DNA from: a secondary endosymbiont of Trabutina mannipara
Lineage (GTDB): Bacteria; Pseudomonadota; Gammaproteobacteria; Enterobacterales; Enterobacteriaceae
Direction: 5' to 3'
NCBI RefSeq assembly: GCF_900090215.1
Contig: NZ_LT594522.1
Coordinates: 266,472 to 298,471, forward strand
DNA: 32,000 nucleotides
In this document: positions 23,301 to 31,820 of the stretch, piece by piece
Numbering within the stretch: position 1 is the first letter of the stretch
How the letters are laid out: every line of letters starts with the position of its first letter
Translations under genes and position numbers: made by a program
The notes under the pieces: model-generated
Databases searched by the model: none
The model's input: only the letters and a program-made list of their open reading frames with translations
What the model was told of the DNA's origin: nothing

Positions 23301-24383
23301 TAAACGATCATTAGTAGGATCAATAAGTAAAGTTTCAGAAATATAAGCACCATTATCTAAATTATTTATAAATAATGTTTCAATAATTTTATGTCCTGCT
23401 TTAATTAATTTGTTGATTATATCAATTGTTAATGCTTTGTTAGCATAAATAATATTTTCTCCAGTTTTTTCATCAAAATAATCTTTTGCTACTATTTTTC
23501 CTATAATATATTCTATAGGAACATTAATCTGTTCAATATTATCTTTTTTTAAATGATCAATATGACGTGATGTTACTCTACGACCTTTTTCCACATAAAG
23601 AATACCTTTCTCTTTTATATCAAATAAAGCAGTTTCACCACGTAAAAATTCAGGAATTAAGTTCATTATCAAATTTTGATTATTAATCTCATAAATTACT
23701 TTTTTGAAAAAAATATCTAAAATTTGATTAGTACTATAATTAAGGGCTCTTAAAAGAAGAGTAACAGGTAATTTACGACGACGATCAATACGAAAAAATA
23801 AATTATCTTTTAAATCAAATTCAAAATCTAACCATGAACCACGGTAAGGAATAATGCGAGCATTATATAATATTTTTCCAGAAGAATGTATTTTACCTTT
23901 ATCACTATCAAAAAAAACTCCTGGACTACGGTGTAATTGAGAAACAACGACACGTTCTGTACCATTAATTATAAAAGTACCGTTATCTGTCATGAGTGGT
24001 ATTTCACCCATATATACTTCTTGTTCTTTTATATTCTTTACTGTAATTTCTGATATTTCGCGTTCATAAATAATAAGACGCAATTTTACACGTAAAGGTG
24101 ACGAAAAAGTTATCCCCCTCATTTGGCATTCTTTTATATCAAAAATAGGATCTCCTAAACGATAAGTAACATACTGTAATTCAGATTTACCATTATAGCT
24201 TTTTATAGGAAATATAGAACGAAAAACTGCTTCTAAACCATATTGACCTTCTATATCTTGTTCTATAAATTTTTGAAATGAATCAAGCTGAATAGAAAGA
24301 AGATAAGGAATATCTAAAATTTGCGGACGTTTTCCGAAATCTTTACGAATACGTTTTTTTTCAGTATGAGAGTAAAAAAACAT
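20349..24383 (-). CDS. rpoB: DNA-directed RNA polymerase beta subunit
   Basis: The ORF opens at 24395 ([25 protein letters not shown]). E. coli RpoB starts [16 protein letters not shown], so the Met at 24383 is the likelier start, giving 1344 aa. It is colinear with RpoB. Confidence 0.98.
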   Translation of the reverse strand: MFFYSHTEKKRIRKDFGKRPQILDIPYLLSIQLDSFQKFIEQDIEGQYGLEAVFRSIFPIKSYNGKSELQYVTYRLGDPIFDIKECQMRGITFSSPLRVKLRLIIYEREISEITVKNIKEQEVYMGEIPLMTDNGTFIINGTERVVVSQLHRSPGVFFDSDKGKIHSSGKILYNARIIPYRGSWLDFEFDLKDNLFFRIDRRRKLPVTLLLRALNYSTNQILDIFFKKVIYEINNQNLIMNLIPEFLRGETALFDIKEKGILYVEKGRRVTSRHIDHLKKDNIEQINVPIEYIIGKIVAKDYFDEKTGENIIYANKALTIDIINKLIKAGHKIIETLFINNLDNGAYISETLLIDPTNDRLNALLEIYRMMRPGELPTNEAAENLFKNLFFSEERYDLSAVGRMKFNRSLLRKESEGPGILEKKDIVDVIKKLIDIRNGKGEIDDIDHLGNRRIRAVGEMAENQFRIGLLRVERAVKERLSLGDMDNLMPQDMINAKPISAAIKEFFSSSQLSQFMDQNNPLSEITHKRRISALGPGGLTRERASFEVRDVHPTHYGRICSIETPEGPNIGLINSLSVYAQTNEYGFLETPYRLVQNGVVTDEIHYLSAIEEGYFVIAQANTNLSKDGHFVDEFITCRNKGESSLFNSKQINYMDVSTQQIVSVGASLIPFLEHNDANRALMGANMQRQAIPNLITDKPLVGTGMERIVAVDSGVTIVAKRSGKVQYVDASRIVINVNSDETFSGEAGIDIYNLKKYIRSNQNTCINQKPCVSLGELINRGDVIADGPSTDLGELALGQNMRIAFMPWNGYNFEDSMLISEKVVQEDRFTTVHIQEMTCISRDTKLGSEEITADIPNVGESALSKLDESGIVYIGAEVSDGDILVGKVTPKGESQLTPEEKLLRAIFGEKASDVKDSSLRVPNGTSGVVIDVQIFTRDGVKKDKRALEIEEIQLQQIKKDLTEELHIFENGLFSRIRNLLILSGIESSKLDKLTRKNWLEIDIINKDIKNQFDQLIEQYQELKYEFQKKLEAKKNKIIQYDNLAPGILKVVKVYLAVKLQIQPGDKMAGRHGNKGVISKINPIEDMPYDENGVPVDIVLNPLGVPSRMNIGQILETHLGMAAKGIGDKINYMLNQHNNIKKLRKFIQKAYNVGDNLRQKINIDSFSDEEILCLANNLKKGMPIATPVFDGAKEKEIKELLKLSGLPSSGQITLFDGRTGEKFERQVTVGYMYMLKLNHLVDDKMHARSTGSYSLVTQQPLGGKAQFGGQRFGEMEVWALEAYGAAYSLQEMLTIKSDDVNGRTKMYKNIIDGNYMMEPSMPESFNVLLKEIRSLGINIELEKNK

Positions 24384-24464
24384 AGAGCTCCTCAATTAGT
24401 TAACATAAATATTAACAGAAACAGAAAATGGATATAGTTTAGTATGTGTTTTTAACATCTATAT

Positions 24465-24502
24465 TTAACTAATTAATTAACTAATTAAATTAACCTAATT
24501 AA
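24465..24502. repeat. Three tandem copies of a 12-13 bp unit TTAAC(C)TAATTAA in the rplL-rpoB spacer
   Basis: TTAACTAATTAA occurs at 24465-24476 and 24477-24488. TTAACCTAATTAA occurs at 24490-24502. Confidence 0.88.
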
Positions 24503-24532
24503 ATTTTATTATAATGTAGAAATTTTTCTAAT

Positions 24533-24561
24533 TTATTATTAAATAAATTATTTAATAATAA
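24533..24561 (-). other. 29-nt perfect A/T-only palindrome 5 nt downstream of the rplL stop
   Basis: TTATTATTAAATAA-A-TTATTTAATAATAA has 14-nt arms and is centred on 24547. It sits where E. coli has the rplL-rpoB attenuator region. No U tract follows it on the - strand. Confidence 0.4.
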
Positions 24562-24565
24562 TAAA

Positions 24566-24946
24566 TTAGTTAATGCTAATAGTAGCACCTACCTTTTCCA
24601 GTAAATTTTTTAAATTTTCAGCATCATTTTTATTTAATCCTGTTTTTATAATAGCAGGTGCAGATTCAACTAAATCTTTTGATTCTTTTAATCCTAACCC
24701 AGTAGCTCCACGAACAGCTTTAATAACAGCAATTTTATTGGTACCAATTTCATTTAAAAAAACTTTAAATTCAGTTTGTTCTTCTATTGTTTTTTCAATA
24801 GGTACTTCTTTTGTAATTGCTACATCTATAGCAGTTTGATTAGCAGAAATACTAAATTTTTTTTCCATCATAGATATTAATTCAACTACATCTAGGACAG
24901 ACATTTTAGCAATTGTGTCAATAATTTGTTCTTTAGTTATAAACAT
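24566..24946 (-). CDS. rplL: 50S ribosomal protein L7/L12
   Basis: 126 aa. [31 protein letters not shown]...[27 protein letters not shown] matches L7/L12. Confidence 0.97.
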   Translation of the reverse strand: MFITKEQIIDTIAKMSVLDVVELISMMEKKFSISANQTAIDVAITKEVPIEKTIEEQTEFKVFLNEIGTNKIAVIKAVRGATGLGLKESKDLVESAPAIIKTGLNKNDAENLKNLLEKVGATISIN

Positions 24947-24983
24947 TTTAATTTTTTTCCTAATTTAAAAATTAATTTAAAAA

Positions 24984-25487
24984 TTAAATATTATATTTTT
25001 CTTTTTTATTACATACTGCAATTAATGTACGAAATAATTTCGTTATAGATATATTTTTTATAGTTGATACTAAAAAAATGACTGATTCTTTATAATTTGG
25101 CATATTTACTAAACTCTCAATTTGAGAATCTTGAATAAGATTTCCTTCTAAAACTGCCATTTTAATTTTTAAATTAGTATTTTTTTTAGAAAAAGAGGTA
25201 AGTAAACGAGCTGATGTATTAACATTTTCTTTAGAAAATGCAATAATATTAGGACCAATAAATTTATCTTTTAAACATTCCAAAGAAGTACCTTTAACTG
25301 CACGTTGCATTAATCTATTACGAACAATATATAGTTGAATATTAGATTCACGACTTAATTTACGTAGTTCAGTCATTTGGTTTGCTGTAATACCACTAAA
25401 ATCCATAATAAAAGCAGATATAGCATTCATTGATATTTGTTTAAATTTATTAATAATATTTTTTTTATTTTTAAAATTTAAAACCAT
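24984..25487 (-). CDS. rplJ: 50S ribosomal protein L10
   Basis: 167 aa, more diverged. MTELRKLSRESNIQLYIVRNRLMQRAVKGTSLECLKDKFIGPNIIAFS aligns with E. coli L10 ([48 protein letters not shown]). Confidence 0.93.
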   Translation of the reverse strand: MVLNFKNKKNIINKFKQISMNAISAFIMDFSGITANQMTELRKLSRESNIQLYIVRNRLMQRAVKGTSLECLKDKFIGPNIIAFSKENVNTSARLLTSFSKKNTNLKIKMAVLEGNLIQDSQIESLVNMPNYKESVIFLVSTIKNISITKLFRTLIAVCNKKEKYNI

Positions 25488-25557
25488 AAACTTTATCCCT
25501 TAAGTTATTAACTTTACCTAATACCTAAAATAGGAATTTTTTTTCAAAATTTAAATT

Positions 25558-26262
25558 TTAAATAACAAATCTAGATAAACAATTTTTATTAATTACTATA
25601 CCTGCTCCCATCGTAGTAGATATGCTAATTTTTTTTATATAAATACCTTTTGTAGGTATTGGTTTATCTTTTTTTAATGCAAGAAGTAATGTTTCTAAAT
25701 TTTCTTCTAATTTATTAGAATCAAAATTTATTTTACCTATAGTAGTATGAATTATACCTTTTTTATCAGTACGATATTGTATTTGACCATATTTTGCATT
25801 TTTAACTGCTTCACTAATATTAGAAGTAACAGTACCAAGTTTAGGATTAGGCATTAAATTACGTGGTCCTAAAAATTTTCCTAACTTACTTACAATATGC
25901 ATTAAATCAGGAGAAGCAATAACTATATCAAAATCAAATTTACCTATTTTAATATTATCAACTAAATTGTTAATACCTATTATATCTGCACCAGCAGTTT
26001 TAGCTATTTGAGCATTAATTCCTTGAGCAAATACCGCTACACGAACATTACGACCATTTCCATGCGGAAATACTACAGTACCACAAATATTGTGATTTGA
26101 TTTATGTGTATCGATATTAAGCTGAATAGCAATATCGACACTTTCATTAAAATTAACTAGTGTAAATTTTTTTAATAAAAATAAAGCTGAATTTATATCA
26201 TATTGCTTACTAAAATTAATTTGATCTCGTATAATACGCATACGTTTGGTAAGCTTAGTCAT
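25558..26262 (-). CDS. rplA: 50S ribosomal protein L1
   Basis: 234 aa. [15 protein letters not shown]...VRVAVFAQG...[16 protein letters not shown]...[19 protein letters not shown] matches L1. Confidence 0.96.
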   Translation of the reverse strand: MTKLTKRMRIIRDQINFSKQYDINSALFLLKKFTLVNFNESVDIAIQLNIDTHKSNHNICGTVVFPHGNGRNVRVAVFAQGINAQIAKTAGADIIGINNLVDNIKIGKFDFDIVIASPDLMHIVSKLGKFLGPRNLMPNPKLGTVTSNISEAVKNAKYGQIQYRTDKKGIIHTTIGKINFDSNKLEENLETLLLALKKDKPIPTKGIYIKKISISTTMGAGIVINKNCLSRFVI

Positions 26263-26265
26263 ATT

Positions 26266-26694
26266 TTAACTCTCTATTTCTATACCTATAGAATAGGCTG
26301 TCCCAATAATAGAACGGACCATTGCTGATATATCAGAACCTGTCATATCAGGTGCTTTTATTTTAGCTATTTCAATAATTTGTGCATTAGTTATTTTACC
26401 TACTTTATTTTTATTTGGTTTACTAGATCCAGATTTGATACTTACAGTTTTCTTTAATAAAATAGCTGTAGGAGTACTTTTAGTAATAAAAGTAAAAGAA
26501 CGATCAGAATATACAGTAATAACAACTGGAATAGGTAAACCTTTTTCAAGAGAATCTGTTTTAGTATTAAATAATTTACAAAATTCAATTATATTAATAC
26601 CATGTTGACCTAAAGATGGTCCTACTGGAGGACTCGGATTTGCCATACCTGCAGCAATTTGCAGTTTTACATAGGATTTTATTTTTTTAACCAT
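26266..26694 (-). CDS. rplK: 50S ribosomal protein L11
   Basis: 142 aa. [34 protein letters not shown]...[11 protein letters not shown] matches L11. Confidence 0.97.
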   Translation of the reverse strand: MVKKIKSYVKLQIAAGMANPSPPVGPSLGQHGINIIEFCKLFNTKTDSLEKGLPIPVVITVYSDRSFTFITKSTPTAILLKKTVSIKSGSSKPNKNKVGKITNAQIIEIAKIKAPDMTGSDISAMVRSIIGTAYSIGIEIES

Positions 26695-26783
26695 ATAAAT
26701 CTCATTTAAAATGAAAAAATTTCAATTTTATTGTTTAATAATGTCAGATAAGATGTAAAACTTAAAAAAATAAATAAAAAATT

Positions 26784-26824
26784 TAATTTTTTTTCAACTT
26801 GATTTAATTTTTTTCAACTTGATT
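26784..26824 (-). repeat. Tandem duplication (20/21 nt) of the nusG 3' end including its stop codon
   Basis: + strand TAA-T8-CAACTTGATT (26784-26804) is followed by TAA-T7-CAACTTGATT (26805-26824). The two copies differ only by one T in the homopolymer. The second copy encodes NQVEKN-stop of nusG. Confidence 0.93.
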
Positions 26825-27349
26825 GAAATCTAATTCTACTGAAGTAGCACGACCAAAAATAGAAACTGATACTTTTAAACGATTTTTTTCATAATCTACT
26901 TCTTCTACTGTACAGTTAAAATCAGAAAATGGTCCGTCGATGACACGTATTAATTCACCAGGTTCAAAAATAATTTTTGGTCTGGGTTTATCACCAATTT
27001 TTTTTAATCTATTAATAATTATATCAACTTCTTTATTACTTATCGGTGCAGGACGATCTGAAGTACCTCCAACAAAACCCATAACATGTGATATATTGCG
27101 TACTAAATGCCAACTATCATTGTTCATTACCATTTGTACTAAAATATAACCAGGAAAAAATTTACGTTCACTTTTACGACGCTGATTACCACGAATTTCA
27201 ATTATATCTTCTTTAGGAATAAGAACAGTTCCAAAAAAATTTTCCATATTTTGAAGTTTTATATGTTCTATAATAGAACGAGCTACACGTTTTTCAAAAC
27301 CAGAAAACGCTTGAATAACATACCAATTTTTTTGGAAAGATTCAGACAT
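26804..27349 (-). CDS. nusG: Transcription termination/antitermination factor NusG
   Basis: 181 aa. [18 protein letters not shown]...FPGYILVQM...[14 protein letters not shown]...[50 protein letters not shown] matches NusG. Confidence 0.97.
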   Translation of the reverse strand: MSESFQKNWYVIQAFSGFEKRVARSIIEHIKLQNMENFFGTVLIPKEDIIEIRGNQRRKSERKFFPGYILVQMVMNNDSWHLVRNISHVMGFVGGTSDRPAPISNKEVDIIINRLKKIGDKPRPKIIFEPGELIRVIDGPFSDFNCTVEEVDYEKNRLKVSVSIFGRATSVELDFNQVEKN

Positions 27350-27361
27350 TTTATTAAAACC

Positions 27362-27574
27362 TCAAGTAATAAATGATATGATATAAACTATAATACCATC
27401 TATTACCCATAAAATTAATGACATTAATGATGTTACCAGAGTTACTATTAATGTATTTTTTAATGTTTCTTGATAAGAAGGCCAAATAATTTTACGTAAT
27501 TCAGCATATAATTCAATTATAAAATAAAAAATAAATTTAATTTTAAATAACATTTTTTTTAAAAAAAGATTCAA
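27362..27574 (-). CDS. secE: Preprotein translocase subunit SecE, short single-TM form
   Basis: 70-aa [49 protein letters not shown] aligns with the C-terminal third of E. coli SecE ([46 protein letters not shown]). No sequence corresponds to TM1 or TM2. The start could be Met1 or Met8. Confidence 0.88.
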   Translation of the reverse strand: MNLFLKKMLFKIKFIFYFIIELYAELRKIIWPSYQETLKNTLIVTLVTSLMSLILWVIDGIIVYIISFIT

Positions 27575-27594
27575 AAGAATAGATTCTATAATCT

Positions 27595-27624
27595 ATAATA
27601 CATAAATACATAACATACAGTCAA
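27595..27624 (-). promoter_or_regulatory. Candidate sigma70-type promoter for secE-nusG
   Basis: On the - strand, TTGACT (27624..27619) is followed by an 18-nt spacer and TATTAT (27600..27595), which ends about 20 nt upstream of the secE ORF start (27574). AT-rich background makes -10-like hexamers common, so this is tentative. Confidence 0.3.
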
Positions 27625-27683
27625 ATAACTTTTTTTTAAAAAATTACTATTATTTAGTTACTTAGTTAACTGTTATAATCCCA

Positions 27684-27700
27684 ACCCCATATTATGGGGT
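27684..27700 (-). terminator. GC-containing hairpin in the fusA-secE spacer (possible fusA terminator or processing site)
   Basis: ACCCCAT-ATT-ATGGGGT forms a 7-bp stem with 4 G:C pairs and a 3-nt loop. It is the only G+C-rich element in 336 bp of A/T. On the - strand it is followed by TGGGATTATAAC, which is only a weak U tract. Confidence 0.35.
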
Positions 27701-27836
27701 AATATTAAAAACATAAAATATTATATATAGCAATATTTTATTTGTATATTACATTTACTAAATTATGTTTTTAAAATAAATTAACGTACTTTTATTTTTT
27801 TCAAATTGAATAGCTAATTTTCATATATAATATTTA

Positions 27837-27866
27837 TGAAATAAATACCATCGAAATAAATACCAT
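27837..27866. repeat. 15-bp tandem duplication in the fusA-secE spacer
   Basis: TGAAATAAATACCAT (27837-27851) is followed by CGAAATAAATACCAT (27852-27866). Confidence 0.9.
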
Positions 27867-27910
27867 AATTGGATAGTGCTATTAGTTAATAGAATTTTAA
27901 AAAATTTATT

Positions 27911-30013
27911 TTAAACATTATTATGTTTAATAATATTTTGAGCAATATTATTTGGTGTTTCATTATATTTGAAAAATTCCATAGAATAAGAAGCACGACC
28001 TTGAGTTTTTGAACGTAATTCAGTTGCATAACCAAACATTTCAGACAAAGGAACTTGTGCTTTAATAGTTTTAATATTTATATTATCTTCTATACCTTCA
28101 ATTATACTACGACGACGATTTAAATCACCTATTACATCACCTATATATTTTTGAGGTGTTTCAATTTCTACTTTCATTATAGGTTCTAAAATAACTGGTT
28201 TTGCATTTATAAAACCTTCTTTAAAAGCTATAGAACTAGCTATTTTAAATGCCATTTCTGAAGAATCAACTTCATGATATGAACCATCATAAACAGTTAC
28301 ACGAACACCTACAATAGGATAACCAGCTAAAATACCAGTTTTTAACTGTTCTTGAATTCCTTTATCTATTGCAGGAATAAATTCTTTAGGTACTACACCA
28401 CCAACAATTTCATTTATAAATTCATAATCTTTATCATTATTTTTAATTGGTTCAATACGTAACCATACATGACCAAATTGACCACGTCCTCCAGACTGAC
28501 GAATAAATTTACCTTCTTGTTCAACAGAAGATTTAATTGTTTCACGGTATGCAACTTGTGGTTTACCAATATTAGCTTTTATATTAAATTCACGATACAT
28601 ACGATCTACAAGTATTTCAAGATGTAATTCACCCATACCAGATATGATAGTTTGTCCAGATTCTTTATCGATTAAAAATCGAAAAGAAGGATCTTCTTGT
28701 GCTAATCGATATAAAGCTAAACTCATTTTTTCCTGATCTATTTTTGTTTTTGGTTCTACAGAAACAGAAATAACGGGTTCAGGAAATTCCATTTTTTCAA
28801 GAATAATTGGTGTATATAGATCGCATAAAGTATCTCCTGTAGTTACATTTTTTAATCCTATAGCTGCAGCTATATCTCCAGCATATACATTTTTAATATC
28901 TTCACGTTTATTAGCATGCATTTGGACAATACGTCCAAAACGTTCTTTTTTATTTTTTACTGAATTTAATACTATATCTCCAGAATTTATAACACCAGAA
29001 TAAACACGAAAAAATGTAAGATTACCAACAAATGGATCATTAGCAACCTTAAATGCTAAAGCAGAAAAAGGTTCATTATCGTTAGAATAATGTTCCTTAT
29101 TATAAGTATCTTTATCTTTACCACCATTAATAGCAGCAATATCACTTGGTGCTGGTAAATATTCAATAACTGCATCAAGAAGTGCTTGTACACCTTTATT
29201 TTTAAAAGCAGAACCGCAAGTAACTAAAATAATATCATTATTTAAAACACGTTGACGTAAACCTTTTTTAATTTCTTTTTCAGTTAATTTTTTACCGTTT
29301 AAATATTTATCCATAAGATCTTCAGATGCTTCTACTGCAGATTCAATTAAATAATGATGCCATTTATCAGACAATTCAATTAAATTATTAGGAATTTCTT
29401 TATAAAAAAAAGTTATACCTTGATCTTTTTCATTCCAATAAATAGCTTTCATTTTTACTAAATCTATAATACCAGCAAAATTTGCTTCTGCACCAATAGC
29501 TAATTGAATAGGTACCGGATTAACTGCTAAACGAGTTTTTAATTGATCAACTACTCGTAAATAATCAGCACCTATACGATCCATTTTATTAATAAATGCA
29601 ATACGTGGTATATTATATTTATTTGCTTGACGCCAAACAGTTTCTGATTGTGGTTGTACTCCTCCTACTGCACAATAAATCATAACAGCACCATCAAGTA
29701 CACGCATAGAACGTTCAACTTCAATAGTAAAATCAACATGTCCTGGAGTATCGATAATATTAATACGATGTGAATCAAATTGTTTATCCATACCAGACCA
29801 AAAACAAGTAGTAGCTGCCGAAGTAATAGTAATTCCACGTTCTTGTTCTTGTATCATCCAATCCATTGTTGCTTCACCATTATGAACTTCACCAATTTTA
29901 TGGTTTACACCTGCATAGAACAAAATACGTTCTGTAGTAGTAGTTTTACCTGCATCAATATGAGCACTGATACCAATATTTCGATAATTTGTAATAGGTG
30001 TTATACGAGCCAT
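27911..30013 (-). CDS. fusA: Elongation factor G
   Basis: 700 aa. [33 protein letters not shown]...[19 protein letters not shown] matches EF-G over its full length. Confidence 0.99.
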   Translation of the reverse strand: MARITPITNYRNIGISAHIDAGKTTTTERILFYAGVNHKIGEVHNGEATMDWMIQEQERGITITSAATTCFWSGMDKQFDSHRINIIDTPGHVDFTIEVERSMRVLDGAVMIYCAVGGVQPQSETVWRQANKYNIPRIAFINKMDRIGADYLRVVDQLKTRLAVNPVPIQLAIGAEANFAGIIDLVKMKAIYWNEKDQGITFFYKEIPNNLIELSDKWHHYLIESAVEASEDLMDKYLNGKKLTEKEIKKGLRQRVLNNDIILVTCGSAFKNKGVQALLDAVIEYLPAPSDIAAINGGKDKDTYNKEHYSNDNEPFSALAFKVANDPFVGNLTFFRVYSGVINSGDIVLNSVKNKKERFGRIVQMHANKREDIKNVYAGDIAAAIGLKNVTTGDTLCDLYTPIILEKMEFPEPVISVSVEPKTKIDQEKMSLALYRLAQEDPSFRFLIDKESGQTIISGMGELHLEILVDRMYREFNIKANIGKPQVAYRETIKSSVEQEGKFIRQSGGRGQFGHVWLRIEPIKNNDKDYEFINEIVGGVVPKEFIPAIDKGIQEQLKTGILAGYPIVGVRVTVYDGSYHEVDSSEMAFKIASSIAFKEGFINAKPVILEPIMKVEIETPQKYIGDVIGDLNRRRSIIEGIEDNINIKTIKAQVPLSEMFGYATELRSKTQGRASYSMEFFKYNETPNNIAQNIIKHNNV

Positions 30014-30078
30014 TAAAATCCTTAATTTATTTGATTTGAATTTAGATATTAAATTTTAATTTAAAAATGAATTAACTA

Positions 30079-30155
30079 AATTTATTAATTTAATTAATTT
30101 ATTAATTAACATTAACTCTTAACTACATTAACTCTTAATTAATTATTAACTCTAA
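30079..30155. repeat. AT-rich short tandem repeats (periods 16-17) in the rpsG-fusA spacer
   Basis: AATTTATTAATT occurs at 30079-30090 and 30096-30107. ACATTAACTCTTAA occurs at 30109-30122 and 30125-30138. A partial third copy, ATTAACTCTAA, lies at 30145-30155. Confidence 0.9.
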
Positions 30156-30216
30156 TTATTTACCAATAACAATTTAAATTTACTAATAAATAATTTTATT
30201 TTAATTATTTTATTTT

Positions 30217-30687
30217 TTACCAATGATAGTGAGCAAAAGCTTTATTAGCATCTGCCATACGGTGAATAGATTCACGTTTTTTTATAGCACCACCTTTTTT
30301 TTCAATTGCATCAGAAAGTTCTTGTGCTAAACGTAAAGCCATAGATTTATCATTACGTTTACGAGCTGCTTCAACAATCCAACGTATTGCTAAAGTATTG
30401 CGACGAATTTGACGAACTTCTACTGGTACTTGATAAGTAGAACCACCAACACGACGTGATTTTATTTCAACAATTGGACGTACATTATTTATAGCTATTT
30501 CAAAAGCTTCTAATTGATTTTTTTTAGTTATTTTTGTTAAAAAATTTAATGCAGTATAAACAATATTTTCTGCATTAGCTTTTTTACCATCTATCATAAT
30601 AATATTAATTAATTTAGCTAAAATTTCAGATTTAAATTTTAAATCTGGTAAAATTTTTCGTTGGTTAATGAAACGACGACGTGGCAT
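30217..30687 (-). CDS. rpsG: 30S ribosomal protein S7
   Basis: 156 aa. [15 protein letters not shown]...[20 protein letters not shown]...[10 protein letters not shown] matches the short (156-aa) form of S7. Confidence 0.97.
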   Translation of the reverse strand: MPRRRFINQRKILPDLKFKSEILAKLINIIMIDGKKANAENIVYTALNFLTKITKKNQLEAFEIAINNVRPIVEIKSRRVGGSTYQVPVEVRQIRRNTLAIRWIVEAARKRNDKSMALRLAQELSDAIEKKGGAIKKRESIHRMADANKAFAHYHW

Positions 30688-30714
30688 AAAATCTCCATAA
30701 TAAAAATAATTATT

Positions 30715-31089
30715 TTAATTTTTTATATTTTTTACACCATATTTAGACCGTCCTTTTTTACGATTTTTAACACCAGAACAATCAAGAGAACCACGAATAA
30801 TATGATACCGTACACCTGGTAGATCTTTTACACGACCACCACGTATTAATATTACAGAATGTTCTTGAATATTATGACCTTCACCACCAATATATGAAGT
30901 AACTTCAAATCCATTAGTTAATCGAACACGGCAAACTTTACGCAAAGCTGAATTTGGTTTTTTGGGAGTTGTTGTATATACTCGAGTACATACTCCCCGT
31001 TTTTGTGGACAAGATTCTAATGCTGTAACATTACTTTTTGTAATTTTTCTAGAACGTTTTTTTCGTACTAGTTGATTAATTGTTGTCAT
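30715..31089 (-). CDS. rpsL: 30S ribosomal protein S12
   Basis: 124 aa. [13 protein letters not shown]...[47 protein letters not shown] matches S12. An AGGAG (31103..31099) lies 9 nt upstream of the ATG. Confidence 0.98.
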   Translation of the reverse strand: MTTINQLVRKKRSRKITKSNVTALESCPQKRGVCTRVYTTTPKKPNSALRKVCRVRLTNGFEVTSYIGGEGHNIQEHSVILIRGGRVKDLPGVRYHIIRGSLDCSGVKNRKKGRSKYGVKNIKN

Positions 31090-31108
31090 TCAATAATGCT
31101 CCTAATAA

Positions 31109-31132
31109 TTATAATTAAAATTATAATTAAAA
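31109..31132. repeat. 12-bp perfect tandem duplication upstream of rpsL
   Basis: TTATAATTAAAA occurs at 31109-31120 and 31121-31132, inside the 173-bp tusB-rpsL spacer, which is almost entirely A/T. Confidence 0.88.
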
Positions 31133-31262
31133 ATAAAAATTTAAATTTATTTAATTAAAATTTAAAATTTTAATTTTTATAAATTTAAATTACTTTTATT
31201 AAATTTTTTATATTAACTTTTTTATAATTTTATTTTATTAATTTTTAATTACTAATTTTTAA

Positions 31263-31571
31263 TTACCATGTTACTTGCTGTAAATTTTTTTCAGTTAATT
31301 TAATAAAATCAATATAATCAATTAGTTTAATATTAGATAAATAATAAGAAAATAGCCCACGGGCTTCAATATCATTTTTTAATGCATATATATTCATAGA
31401 ATTTTTAATTTTCTTTGAAAAAAAAGAATTATTTAATCCCAAAATAACTCCATCAGAGATTAATAATAAATCATCATTAAAATCATCATTACAATCCTCA
31501 TTACAATTAATTATACGTAATACTGATTTAAAATCAGATAAATAAGGAGACCTATTTAAAATATATAACAT
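31263..31571 (-). CDS. tusB: tRNA 2-thiouridine sulfur-relay protein TusB (DsrH family)
   Basis: The ORF opens at 31601, but homology to E. coli TusB (MLHTLHRSPWLTDF...LLLLQDGV...VYALNEDLIARGL...ILIDYTDFVRLT...MAW) begins at MLYILNRSPYLSDF, the Met at 31571. It continues through LLLISDGV, IYALKNDIEARGL, KLIDYIDFIKLT and VTW. It lies immediately upstream of rpsL, as in E. coli. It carries an acidic/Cys insertion CNEDCNDDFNDD. Confidence 0.8.
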   Translation of the reverse strand: MLYILNRSPYLSDFKSVLRIINCNEDCNDDFNDDLLLISDGVILGLNNSFFSKKIKNSMNIYALKNDIEARGLFSYYLSNIKLIDYIDFIKLTEKNLQQVTW

Positions 31572-31720
31572 AAAAAAATATAATATAATATAACATAACA
31601 ATTAAAAAATTTTCTGATAATTTTAAATTATATAAAAAATTTCATAAAATTTCAATCATGAATTCTATCATGAATTTTACCTAAAATAGATAACTAATGA
31701 ATAAAATAGATAACTATAAT

Positions 31721-31820
31721 AGATAATTAAATAACTTAAAGATACTTAAATAACTTAAAAAATAACTTAAAGATAATTAAATAACTTAAAGATACTTAAA
31801 TAACTTAAAAAATAACTTAA
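31721..31820. repeat. Perfect 50-bp tandem repeat (2 copies) with internal ~10-bp periodicity
   Basis: AGATAATTAAATAACTTAAAGATACTTAAATAACTTAAAAAATAACTTAA occupies 31721-31770 and is repeated identically at 31771-31820. A partial third start (AGATAAT) lies at 31823. Confidence 0.97.

Noticed and set aside
27575-27910. A tuf pseudogene remnant between fusA and secE
   Set aside because: I translated the - strand by eye and found no EF-Tu-like peptide, for example GHVDHGKT or the C-terminal GAGVVAK. The absence is only as good as a by-eye search. A profile search is listed under the related finding.
31601-31660. A possible tusC C-terminal remnant (- strand ATGATTGAAATTTTATGA, reading MIEIL-stop)
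   Set aside because: It is only 5 codons with vague resemblance to the ...VILRF end of E. coli TusC. That cannot be distinguished from chance in A/T-rich DNA.
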